From positions 68,748,622 through 68,812,621 of the forward strand of contig NC_057719.1 in the NCBI RefSeq assembly GCF_004010195.1: a stretch of 64,000 nucleotides of DNA, written 5' to 3'. Below the pieces are notes generated by a model. That model was given only the letters and a program-made list of their open reading frames with translations, had not been told where the DNA came from and made no database searches. The position numbers and the translations under genes were made by a program. The stretch comes from Chiloscyllium plagiosum (taxonomy: Eukaryota). Each line of letters opens with the position of its first letter. Position 1 is the stretch's first letter. Below are positions 51,139 to 63,659 of the stretch, piece by piece.

Positions 51139-51639
51139 GTATTTCCTTTATCCTTTCTCCTTTCTCATTTCAGTGTTGTGCTTCCACTCAGTCTCAGATG
51201 TTAAAATAATTTGTTATTTCAGCAAAATAAACCCTAAACAACTTTCCACCTACATGAGGCATTGTTCTGTAAAATATCACTGTCCTCATCATCACAACAA
51301 TACGTTGGTGCCATTGACTAAGATACAAATTTGACCCTTTGTTTGTGAAACATGGTCTATGCAGCCTATTTTTCTTGATGTAGTAATGTGTGTGACAATG
51401 ATAGATATTTGGAAAACTTCAGCCAAAGCATAATACAATATATCCAAATTGAATTTCTCTCTGTTGTTGTAAATTGAACAATCAATGTTATCCTAATCAC
51501 ATTTTGGGATTTAGAGTAAAAATTGTTAACTTGTAGAGTCATAACAGGACGAAAGGAAACAATTCACTTTTCATGGTTCTCTGTAAAGCAATCCAGTCCC
51601 TCCCATTCCCTTACTGTATCACCGTAACCTTAGGAAGGA

Positions 51640-52620
51640 TCTGAGAGTTCAGAGGAGGCTTCCAGTGATAGAAAGTCATAGCTACATTATTAGGTTGATG
51701 AAGCTGGGATTGTTTTTCTTGATGCAAAGGAGATTGAGGGAAGATTTGGTAAAGGTATCTCAGATTAGAAGAATATGTACCCATTCGTTACTGGTACAAG
51801 ATTAGCAGACAGAAATTTTAAGTTTTGGGCAAGGATGCAGACAGGATTTGAGAAAGAGCTTTGTTTACAGATTCAGTGGGAAATTGGAGGAAATATATTT
51901 GGAATGGATCAAGTGAATGGGACTGACTGTTTTTTTCCGAGAAGAGCTGGCGTAGAGTCCATGGACCTTGTGACCTTCTTTTGTACTGCAAGTAACTATT
52001 GGTCTATAACATCACGATCTGTTTTATGCTTTTGTGAGCATTATTACCCAACTGTTCTTGTGCAGACATTTGATCTACTTGGTTCACTACATTCCCCGAC
52101 ACCAGATTCAACAAAGCCTCCCTTCTAGTTGAACCAAGAGCAAATTGGTAAAGCAAGTTTCTTGGACACAGTTCACAATTTTTCCCCTCCTTACCCTTAA
52201 CTCTAACATTATCCCCATCGACACTGAGTTGCGAAGTCATTCAGTAGTACCACTCTGTATTCGTGCAAAGCGCAGTGATTTTCCTGCAGATTATCTCTCT
52301 CTTTCCCTTTCCTTCTCTCTCATTGCCTCCTCCTCCTCTTCTCCTCCCCACTAACTCACAACCTCAGAATTGCTAAAACGTAGAATGAGGTCACTTGATC
52401 CATCTCCTCTGATCCTCTGAGAATTTTGGCTCAGTACCTTTCTCCAGCTTTTTTGCATAATGTTACACATGGCTTCTGTTTAAATAATCATCTTCTGTCT
52501 TCTTGAATGCCTCAGTTGAACCTGTCTCCTCCACATTTCCACGCAGTGCATTCCAGACTCTAACTGCTCGCTGTGTGAAAGAAAATGTCCTCATCTCTCC
52601 CTCATTCTGTCTCTCAAACA
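51640..52620. mobile_element. Several CR1 fragments in both orientations
   Basis: KLGLFFLMQRRLREDL (+); REALLNLV and RAVRVWNAL (-). Confidence 0.7.
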
Positions 52621-53126
52621 GATCCATGAATATAAAGCACCAGTAAGTCACCATTTGAAACCACATTTCATTATTGTCACTCTATCATATTCTCACACGT
52701 CTATTTCAACTTGTAGCTTGACAAATTATTCATCACACTTCGGGCATTTATTTACATGCATTCTAAACATATCTTTGTACTCCTTGAAGTCCTTCTTACT
52801 CCAAAAAAAACTGACAAAGTAAAACTAGCATGCTATGGTGGCACAGAATGCTTATCAAGAATTACTAAACTGACATTTACAGTATGATGGTTTATATGAA
52901 ATAAAGATGAATATTGTCATAAATATGTTCCACATTTGCGGCAGATTTCTTCAATGGCAGTGTTCACTTATCTAAATAAATGTTTAACATCAATGTAGAA
53001 TTGAGTAGCACTCTTTCTAAATCAGAATAGAAAGAGAAAATAAATTTAATGATAAGAGTTCCTTCAGAATATATTATTATAAAACTTTGACTATTTTGGT
53101 TGAAAGCTGATTGCCTTGCGTTCTAG

Positions 53127-53256
53127 CGGAGTTGGCAACGAAAGAGTACGAGTTATCAGACATCATTCTGCTTCATCTGTATGTGAAGAACATGAGAGAT
53201 TTTGGAATCATAAACTCAATCTATGAGTCCTACTTCAATCTAAATCCACCTGCAAG
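53127..53256 (+). CDS. DPH6: DPH6 long-form exon, core of RidA/YjgF-like domain 1: (A)ELATKEYELSDIILLHLYVKNMRDFGIINSIYESYFNLNPPA(R)
   Basis: ttctag acceptor, AG|gtaata donor; 130 nt, phase 1 to 2; Rid-family pattern LY..NM.DF...N.IY..YF...PPAR. Confidence 0.93.
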
Positions 53257-54019
53257 GTAATATATTCATTAAATGTTATAAGCCCTTTTGACTGCTTTGT
53301 TTTACTGTTTCGTACACATGACCATTCTTAGCTTGCAGAAATATTTAGCAAGGTGAGAGAAGGAAAAATATGTACTGGGTTACTGGGTGAATTCCACAAA
53401 TTAGAAAACAGAATATTAAATTATATGTAGTAGTTTTCAAGAGCTATTCAAAAGATCAAAGTTCACTGAACTACTGTCACAAGAGAAGAACAAGGATTGT
53501 CAGAGTGCCAATAGTAATTCTTGATCCTGTCCTACCGAAAGAGGAGTACAATATTTCACTTAATGGGCTTTATCAAACAAAGTGTACTATATTCTGCCCT
53601 TATTACTGCCATGATCTGACAGGAGAAATCTGCCAACATTTCCATTGTTTATTTTACAATTTTTAAGTGATCTGATCATGCTTCTTAAATAATTTCATCT
53701 GCTTAATCACTCTTCAAAGCAAATAGAGCCATGTTCATCTTTGGAGGTATTTGATAAGGTTCTGATGGATATGCAGGAGTGATTGCTGCAGATAAGACCA
53801 TTTATTAGTATCCATCTGAACCTGTATTCATTGTCATTTCAAACATTTTGGAATCCATATGTGTCTAGAAAGTCTGTTCTGGAAAGAAGATACTTTTTTT
53901 TTCAGGAAATCTAGTTTTCTCCCTAACATTGAATCAGAGGGGATTAATAATAACGGAGCTGTGCATTGAATTTTAATTTAATGAAAATTTGTCAGTGCAT
54001 CACTTCTTTTTTTAATAGC

Positions 54020-54556
54020 CTTTCACAGCATATGGCTATCACTTGTTAGCCTCGTATTTATGGTCCACTGCAAAGTATTCTTGGGAAGGTTGCAGTGAAC
54101 CACCACCTTCAACCGCTGACATCCATGTAGCATAGTGGTATTCAGTCTTGTTAAGGAGAGAGTCCCAAGATTTTGACCCAGTAACAGTGAAAGAACACTG
54201 GTAAAATCCAAGTAGGAATGCTTTAATGCTGTTAATGAGAACTTGCAGATGGTAGCGCTCCCATACACAAGGTAACATCCCAAAGATCTTAAGGATGATG
54301 TTAAATGGTTACCAAGTTATGAGAACAGGGCTAACCCACCTAGCCGACATGTCCCTGGACAGTACAGGGATGAGCATGGCCAATCCACTTAACCTGCACA
54401 TCTTTTGACTGTGGGAGGAAACTGGAACACCCGTTAGAAACCCACGTAGACTTTAGGGGAGGGGGAGTATGCAAATTCCACACAGTCATCCGAGGCTGCA
54501 ATCAAACCTGGATTCTTTGCTCTGTGAGGCAGTGGTGCTAACCACTCTGCTGCCCT
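54020..54556 (-). mobile_element. LINE 3' tail (54020-54290) adjacent to an HE1 SINE (54330-54556)
   Basis: Tail similar to 15490; reverse-complement HE1 core and head tgtgaggcagtggtgctaaccact. Confidence 0.8.
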
Positions 54557-54809
54557 GTACACAGTGACAGCAAATCTGTACAACATACACAAAGCATTCA
54601 GAAACTTGTTCTGTTATAATCCTAAAAGATCATACAACACCAGAACTTGCATGCCTTCATCAATTTAGCCCTGATCTCTCCCAGTTATATTTCCTGTGTT
54701 TGAATTTACTTTCCTGGTCACACCACCTACTGATAAGCTGACAAAGAAAGAGGCTTCAATATTTTCACAAAATAGTTGATATTTGAATGTGCATTGTTTC
54801 CTCCTTACT

Positions 54810-56120
54810 ATAAGACCATAAGAAATAGAAACATGAATTGCTCATTCGGCCCCTTGAGCCTGCTTCACCATTCAGTAGGATCATTTGATCCAACATTCCT
54901 CATATTCATTTTCCTAAACTTTACCCAAAACTCTTGATTCCCTTACCGATCAATAATCTATCTATATTAGCTTTAAACACAGACAAGGATTCTGCCCCAA
55001 CAGCTCGCTGAGGCAAGGGGTTCCAAAAACTGTCATACCCTGAGAAAAGAAATTTGTCCTCATCTCCATCTAATCTTTGTTCATAAGACAATCCTTCCAT
55101 AACAGGGATCATCCTAGTGAACATCTCTGAACTGCTGCGATCGAAATGATATTTTTCCTTAAATAAGGGGACCAAAACTGCTCACAATACTCCAGATGTA
55201 GTCTCACCAGCACTCTGTACAGTTGCAGTATGTCTTCCTTATTCTGATACACCAGCCCCCTTGAAATAAGGGCCAACATTCCATTAGCCTTCCTGCTTAC
55301 CTGCTGCATCTGTGTGCTGGCTTTCTGTGTTTCATACACAAGTATACCCAAGTCCCATAATTTTGCAGTTTCTGCAATTTTTCTCAATTTAAATACTATT
55401 CTGTTCTTTTTTCCCACGTCGTACTTCATTTGCCAATTTTTAAAGAGAGGTATTAAATGAGTGGGCACAGAGTTGGCAAATGATGTATAATGTGAGTAAA
55501 TATGGAAGGGAAAATTTTGAAAGAGAGAGAAAAAGAATGATGGCCCTTGTTTCAAGGTGTTTGGAATGTCAGAGTAGGGAAGTCTTATTGCAGTCATACA
55601 AGGTACTGGTGAGACTACATCTGTAGTATGGTGAGTAGTTTTAGTTCCATTATTTAAAGGGAGTTCAGAAATCCCTAGAAGATCCCTGGCATGGCCGGAT
55701 TGTCTTATGAGCAAAGGTTAAACAGTTTGGGCCTCTATTCATTGGAATTCAGAAGGAAGAGATGTGATCTCATTGAAACATATAGGATTCTTAAGGGGCT
55801 TGATAGGTATTTGCTGAGAGGATGTTTCCCCCTCCTGGCAGAGTCTCGGGCCAGAGGGCATAGTCTCGGAATAAAGGGGTGCCAATGTATGACTGAGGAA
55901 TTTCTTGTCTGAGAGGGATGTGAGTCTTTGCAACTCCATGCCTCAGAGAGCTGTGGGGTCAGAATCCTTGTCTATATTTAAGGCTGAGATAGATTCTTGA
56001 TCAGTAGAGGAATCAAGGATTACAGACGTGCAGGAAAGTGGAAGTGAGAAGTGTCAAATGGTCCATGATCCAATCGGATACCTGAACAGCCTACTCCTGT
56101 CGCTATTTCTTAAGGTTTTA
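54810..56120. mobile_element. Head-to-head pair of related CR1 3' fragments (- strand 54810-55440; + strand ~55570-56120)
   Basis: LSYEQRL occurs on both strands; shared cctcagagagctgtgggg...agaatccttg segment in inverted orientation. Confidence 0.85.
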
Positions 56121-56529
56121 TGAGAAGATTGTGGTGATTTGTCAGTAAGTGTGGTCTAAATTTGTGATCACGATGCAATCCATGACTTCAGAGTGCAGAA
56201 TGTGGTTTGTGATCAAGTAGCGAGCTTTGATCCTTGATCAGAATGTCAGCATAGATTTGTGGCGAGATGAGGATTGCAAATGTAAGCACTGCTTTAAGAT
56301 ATGACAATGAGATTTGATTTGTGATGTGGGTTTGTACTCTGATTTATGTTTGCCCTCTAGTCACTGATTTTACTAAGGGTGTTATGCCAGATTTGGTTAG
56401 AAACTGGGCTGTGATATGTAATGTGAAGATTGTCTTTGTTTTGCAATCCTAATATCGACCATGGTTTGTGATGAGAGTTTGTCTGATTTCTGACCAGAAT
56501 TTGGTTCTGATTTGCAACTGAAATTTGAA

Positions 56530-57050
56530 AGCTTTTAAAGGAAACAGGTGGAGTAGATATGAAGAAACTGTTTCCACTAGCTGGGAAGTCTTGAAGGGGG
56601 CATAGTCAGAAAATTGGAGCCAATGTTTCTGAAGTGAAATTAGAAAATATTTCTTCATTCAAAAGGTGGTTTGAATTTGGAACCCTCATCCACAGGTGGC
56701 GATTGATTTTAGATCTGTTGTTCATTTTTGAATAAAGTTTGATAGCTTTTTCTTATCCAAGTTTATGGGGGCAAAGGTTGGTTGTATGAGGTATATCACA
56801 GATCAACCACGATCTCACTTAATGACTGAACAGGTTTGAGGAGCTATATACCTCCAGTTCCAGTTTTACTAAATTAATTTATGACGTTGAAACCTGCATT
56901 ACAAAAGCCAAATACTACAGTTGCTGGAAAGGTGAAATAAAAACAAAAAATAGGAACAGTAATCAACCCGAAATTTTAACACACTGTCTTTACCGATGCT
57001 GCTTGATATGTTGAGTATTTCCAACACTTTCTATTTTTATTCTCTGACAG
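56530..57050. mobile_element. CR1 3' fragment (+, 56530-56865) and an old Penelope-derived short element (56900-57050)
   Basis: FFIQKVV.IWNP motif; gatgctgcttga...ttgagtatttccaacactttct terminus. Confidence 0.65.
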
Positions 57051-58281
57051 TGTATGGGTTAAGAAAAAAAAGGGGCTAGGAGTGGCCTTTAAAAGGTAGC
57101 ATTTTGTCGAAAAAATGGGGATTTCTTTTGACCTCTGCTAGAGAAACCGCTTAATCGAGTGTTTGTATCTTTGCCTAGCTGTATAATTTGATCTAAACAT
57201 CTCAACAGAGCTGATTGATTTAACCCTACCTTCTGCAGAGTACAGTAATAAATACGTACATTTGTCTTCTGGTTATATCCATAAACCACCTCAAGGCATT
57301 ACTGAATTGTCCTTTCCTCCTTTTATGATCAAGAATTTAGTTTGAGGTACAAAATAATTTTGACTTGAATATTTTTTAGAATTCTACTGCAAATTAATCT
57401 GTTTGATCTCAATCCAAGCCAGCTACTTCTGAGGTGCTTTACTGCAATTGAACCCCTGCCAGTGTATGTGAGCTACAATGTAAATTGAGGTGCTAACCTG
57501 TTTCTTTCTCTTTTTAACTATCACTTCCTTTAACGTTAACATCCAATCACTCTTTCTCCCATAATATTATTTATTTTTAGTTTTACAGCATTTTTATAAC
57601 TTTGAAAATGATCAGTTTTACAGTTCACATGTTAAGGTTATTTTTTCGTACTTGGGAAACCTTGCATTTCAATCCTTTGCTTAATTTCATATTGTTAATA
57701 CTGTAATAAAATTTTTATTTAGCTATCGTAGGTTATCTTTATTCAGAAACTTCAGATACCTCTTTTGTATAACCACAGTGTAGTGTTGCTTTTCCTGGGC
57801 TGACCAGCACACACTTTCAGCAATTGAAAGAGTAGTCCCTATTTGTCTCTAAATAGAAAAGATTAAAATTTTTCTTTGAAATGAATGAGTATTTTGATTG
57901 TATTTGTTCATTTATTCAAACAGCACAAAAGCAAAATGAGTTTGCTTAGCGCATTTGACATATAATCTCAAAAGGCTTGACTGACGCATAAGGTGAGAGA
58001 TAAAAATACTGAAAAATTATTTTTAACAACATATATTCATTCTCAAATGTAAAGAGAAACATGCTCATTGATGATCTACAAATAATGTCCATTTTTAGGT
58101 AAAAATTAATTCTCAGTCTTTGTTTAAATTAGCTCAGGTTAAAATTATGATGGCTCTTAATGAGGAGAGGAGGGAAATTAATAGTGAGGCATCTCAGAGA
58201 AATGTCTCTGACCAAGTGCAAGTGTCAAATGTTGAAAAGGAAAGCAAGTTATTTGTAATTGTTCCCCTTGTGTTTTTCTAG

Positions 58282-58456
58282 GGTTTGTGTGGAAGCCTCG
58301 TTACCTGATGGAGTGCCACTTCAAATTGATTGCCTCATGCACAAAAATAGGTTAACCTTGCAGGGTACAATCGAACAGCAAAAGGAGACCATGCATGTTC
58401 AGAGCATTTCACACTGGGCCCCTGCTAACATAGGACCTTACAGCCAGTCAGTCAAG
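58282..58456 (+). CDS. DPH6: DPH6 long-form exon, end of Rid domain 1 and start of Rid domain 2: VCVEASLPDGVPLQIDCLMHKNRLTLQGTIEQQKETMHVQSISHWAPANIGPYSQSVK
   Basis: tttttctag acceptor, AAG|gtaagc donor; 175 nt, phase 2 to 0; HVQSISHWAPANIGPYSQ is the hallmark of long eukaryotic Dph6 and resembles RidA APAAIGPYSQ. Confidence 0.96.
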
Positions 58457-61400
58457 GTAAGCAATGAAGGTGGTTAAGGACTTATTAGGTAAGCAAGAAA
58501 TATTCTTTCTGTCTAAATTACACAAGGTAAAATCTACATAATTTTAAAATCTGAATAAATGCCTTCTTTCCAGAGTGTATGCATTCAGTTGTGATAACAA
58601 ACTGAATGCATAAGAAAGCAATATATTTTATCAACAGAACTTCTCAACTCCGGTAGCTAATTATCATAGTGGCCTGCAGCTAATGATGTTCCTGTAGGGA
58701 GGTGAGAACTACTGCTGGCTATGTTAGAAACCGCAAGAGAAAATCATATGTTGTTGTATTTGTATGTATTATGCTGAGTACAAGACTGATGCATTGATGC
58801 AAAATAACCATTTTGGTCACAGCATGTTAATAATGTTTAAGTGATTTGAGTCATTAAAATTGATTCAAAACATCATACTTCTAATTTGTAAAATTATATG
58901 CTGCAGCAGTAATGGAGGTATTTATCGGCAGAACTCATAACTGCCACCTCTGGTACTGTAATCTGCTGCAGGCACTTGTAGGTACTTGGAGGCAAGAACC
59001 TTTTAGCTCTGTTAATAAAGCCCATCCAGGTGACAGGATCACCAGTGGGTTGATGCATTTTGCTTTAAAGAATGCTGCTGCTTTTGCTTGTCCTCCAAGG
59101 CTGTTGTGCCTTGAATCACAGTATAATGACTAAAAAGCACTTTTATTAAAAAAAACTAAGGAGGAGTACTTGATTTTTTATAAGTAGCAATTGTTGCTAA
59201 ATGTGGGAGCAGTTCTGCAATGTGGAGTCATTTCCTTTATAAACTGGAATGAGACCAAGAAAGCCCAATTAGGGAGATACTCAAGCCCAGCCCACTTAGA
59301 GAGGATTCAGACCCAGAAGCTGAAGGTGAAAGAATTTATATTGTACATCATTCAGTTTTGGAGAAGTGAAACTGTCTCTGTATTTTACAGTGAAAATGAT
59401 AGAATAATGATTTTCATATTTTAGTAATCTCTGGAGAACATTTTGCCTAAAGCCTTGGTCATAATTATTCTAGGAGATTATAATTCATAGCTCATTAACT
59501 TTTGCTTTTGAGCATTTTAGCCAAATGTTTTTTCTTTAATATTTGCTCCCCTTTGTCAATAAAATTGATGAGATAAATTGCAAACTCTTATTGACACTAA
59601 AGCTGATGATTGTTAAGAATCATTCTGGATACAGTAAAATTCTGACAAAGTCAGAAAAACGATCAGTTTAATTTGCCAGTAGAAATGTCTTTCTCAGTTA
59701 TCAGTAGAAGATAATTAACCGAGGATCAGCAGAACAGAGTATAAGGAGGGTTATAAGGTTTTGTGCTGAAATACTGTACTGTGTGTACAGATCAATTAGG
59801 ATGCTTAACTTCATTTATAGTACGACAAAATTAATCCCATAAAAATGAGTGATCTCAGAGGAGTCAGTTGTCAGCTTCTGGCAGGATCACTTTGCCATAA
59901 TCTATTAAAAAGCAGCTTTTATCAAGGCTTGCCTTTGTCATATTTTATGGATTTTTTTCATAAACACAGCCTATACTTCATAAATGTCTCAATTTTCTAG
60001 TCTATTAACATTACTTCAAAAGTAATTGATAAAAAGACAGTGCATGCATGAAATAATACACCAATAATTTGAGGTGCTAGAGGCAATAACAGTGTTTAAC
60101 ATCTTCACATGGCTTGTGAAGTAAAACTGCACAAGAATGTAACCCATTGCCTAGTGACTAAAACGATTAATCAAATTAATAGGAAATTGTTAGGATATCT
60201 ATTCCCTGTGAACTATAAAATATTTTGTTTAGTATTACTGAAATGAGTCTATAAAAATAGTTTTTAAAAAGATCTGATCAGCAGTGGAAACCCATTCACA
60301 TCTCTTAAATTATCAGCTTTTTGAAAATAATTCTTGATGTGAACATTTTACCGTACTTTAATGCAGATGCCAATGTAAAATAGAATGCAAGTATTTGTGG
60401 ATGTGCTGAATCCTTTCTTGAAAAATCAAGAACTTATGTTGATTAAGATTTCAAGAAGTGAACAAACCACAATCTTCTAGTTTGTTTTGAACTAGTTATT
60501 CCATTTAAAGGGTTACATTACCACGTTCAATGTTGCAATAACAATCAAATGTAAAACAGAAATTTGTGTGAAATTGTTGACAGCCTATGTAAGATGTTTG
60601 AGGACCTTATCAACTGTGAGGCTATCGACATTTTCTACTTCGCTTATGAGATGTTGCAATGTAGTTTTGTAACATCAAATCAGTGTCTGACCAATGTAAC
60701 CCTGATGTGATTGTTCAGTTTTCCAAAGATTTTGACTTTGTGTCATGTCCATCAAGTGATGTAGATGTGTGACAGATAGATAATGAAGAATAAAGATGCA
60801 CATGTTTTAGCCGGTAATGATTTGAAATGAATGTAAATCATGACCAGCCTGAAGTATGATAGATGTTGGATCAAAATGTTGTAACTTCCTTTTAAAAGCT
60901 GAACTGTTGCTTTGATTTTCATTGGAGGTATTTCGGGAGAATGCTATCAGGTGTAAGGTGACAGCTGGATGAGTAATAAGACATTAGAAGTCATTATTTA
61001 ATGTCTGCAATTTGTTGGCTTGTCAAACCACAGACATTGTAATGCGAGATGAGCCATATATCCATATTGATGTTTACACATCATGGGAGCAAATAATTAT
61101 TTTTACTTTCTCTGTTATAAATCCCATCACCCACGTTTCCTTGGTCCATCTAAAAATGTAATCTTTTATGTTAACATCTTTTCTGCTTCAACCAGTGATA
61201 CTTGGAGTGAATTCCATTGCCTCAAAAGTCTTCTTTCTGGTCTAAGTGTTTAATATTATTTCAACTGCCCTCATTCTGCAACCTCCAACTTTTAAAAATA
61301 ACATATTTCTATCTATCCTGTCTAATCATTTCATAATTATAAACACCTCAATCATAATCTTAATAGATATCATGAAAAAATAAGTGTTGTAGAGCTGCAA

Positions 61401-62814
61401 ATCTTAAAAAAATACTTTATTGAGCCGTGAGAACTAAAATTTATATATAAGTGCTGGTTCCTTGATGCAGACGAGAAACAAGAATATACTGTTCCAATTT
61501 CATTCATTTCTCAAATAGCTTACGATTTCCTGATTTAAGTAAAATATGTTTTCAGGTTTATGCAACACCAGTAAGTTTACATTTATAACATGTTTCTAGT
61601 TGTTCTGAAGAAATTTGGTGGTTCGGGGGGACTGGTTTGTGCACCACAGGGCGACTTGTGGTGATGATTCTATTTCGAATAGTTCTTGCAACCAAGTGGC
61701 TGGCTGGACGACTTCAGGTGGTATCATTCATCAACTGTATAAGGTGGCCCTCAAAATACAAGTGCAGCAATATTGTAGTCAGATTGCCAGAGGTTAAGAC
61801 TGACAAAGGACAACATTAGTATTTGCTGTCATGAGGGAAGTTAAGTCTATAATTTTCAAAATTCACCTGTTGTTGACCTCTTTAATTGCACTCAGGATCT
61901 CTCCTTTTCACTAAACATTAAAATTGGAGCAGTCTGAAGCAGGAAAGTGTTGATTTGAAGCTGGTGTTCCATTTACCTGCGTAAAATACATAATTTCTTC
62001 TTGGATGATACCAAGTGGATCATGTTTAATCCTGTATTGTACTCAAATAGCAAAATCTTGGCTTTGTGCTACAGTTTTGTATTAATAAAAGTGATGCTGC
62101 AGTTTTAGCTCTGAACAGAATTGTTTTAGTGGATGGAAAAGATCAAACGACCAAAAGGACAAGCAGCTTTTTCCTCTCTATACTGAATGGTAATATGAAT
62201 AGACTACCATCAGATTGCTAGAGGACAGATATCGGCGACATGTTGCATAATTCTCAGATATCTAGTTCCCCCCACTGTCCTTGTTCTTCTAAAGGATGGT
62301 GTCACATGATATATGCCAGAAGATTTAACGGAATCCTTGAGCTAAAACAAAAATCAATTAAAAAGCAAGGTCAGATACATAACATTTCCATCTAAGAGTT
62401 AAAAAATGAACAAAGGGTTTGATCTTAATTCCCCATGGGCAAATACCAGATTTGGGAGGCTGAAGGAGACAGTTAAGGTAGAACTATGTTTTCCTGCATA
62501 ATCTGTCTGATTGCATGTGCAAGGGGCATGGTCACAATCTGGGTGTAGGTGGGGATATGCTAGAGCGGGGACCCTCATACAATTTGGAAAATTGTGCCCG
62601 ATGTCAAAGTGACCCAATCCATTGCATTAACCTGAGGTCAGCGCAAGGGAGCTATAGTGACTTTCTCAATGTGATTAGCTCACTAGGGTTAGGTGCCAGG
62701 GTCGATGGAAGCGTTCTCTGCTCAGTTGTCGAGAACAACGAGGGACAGGTGTGTCCTTTGAGTCCCGGCAAGAAAACTTTGTATCTCTCTCCTGCGTCCC
62801 AGTTCACCCTTCCT

Positions 62815-63117
62815 TTACATTACAGTGTGGAAACAGGCCCTTCGGCCCAACAAGTCCACACCGACCCGCCGAAGCGCAAACCACCCATACCCCTACATTT
62901 ACCCCTTACCTAACACTACGGGCAATTTAGCATGGGCAATTCACCTGACCTGCACATCTTTGGACTGTGGGAGGAAACCAGAGCACCCGGAGGAAACCCA
63001 CGCAGACACGGGGAGAACGTGCAAACTCCACACAGTCAGTCGCCTGAGGCGGGAATTGAACCCGGGTCTCTGGCGCTGTGAGGCAACAGTGCTAACCACT
63101 GTGCCACCGTGCCGCCC
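62815..63117 (-). mobile_element. Young full-length HE1-type SINE
   Basis: CpG-rich, reverse complement of the 27774 and 7664 copies; (TGTAA)n tail. Confidence 0.93.
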
Positions 63118-63659
63118 TAAGCACCTCTTGTCCCAAGCACCTCTCTTGTGGATTATCAGTGATGGCCTCCTGCCACCCATTTTCATGATTATCCTACTTC
63201 CGCAGGTAATTGGCAAGGAGCACATTATTGAGGCCCAGTCTATTGAAATTGTCTCAGAGTTCCTAGCTAGAGCTCATGGACAATCCAGCTGCTTCCTGTA
63301 TGTTTCTGCCCAGGAATTAAAATCAAACTTATTATGTAAAATCAAGATGAGAAGGCAGAAAATGAAGATTCTCTTACAAAAACATAGTCCTAAAGAACAA
63401 ACACATTGTATGGTATAGTGGCTGAAATTGTTAAAATTCTAAACAAAGAATTGGCAGCTCCTCTGGCTTATCTATGTCAGTTGTATTCTCCTATCCAAAG
63501 AAAAAACATTGAATGTTCTGCCCATAAACAAAATGATGGACCCGAGTAATTGCAAACCATTATCCTTGCTGTCAACATCATTGAACATTATGAACACCAA
63601 AGTGTTTAGAATGTTCTTAACATTAACCTGCTGTATAACACTAATTTAAAAAAAAATCA

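Noticed and set aside
55109..55714. 201-aa ORF as a novel gene
   Set aside because: Chimeric reading across the junction of two opposed CR1 fragments
63206..63418. ccgcag followed by an open frame VIGKEHIIEAQ... as the next DPH6 exon
   Set aside because: No resemblance to the expected Rid domain 2 continuation (GQI motif) and no clear donor
62825..63418. 197-aa ORF, and similar ORFs at 7683, 39384 and 48841
   Set aside because: Mostly translations of HE1 SINE sequence
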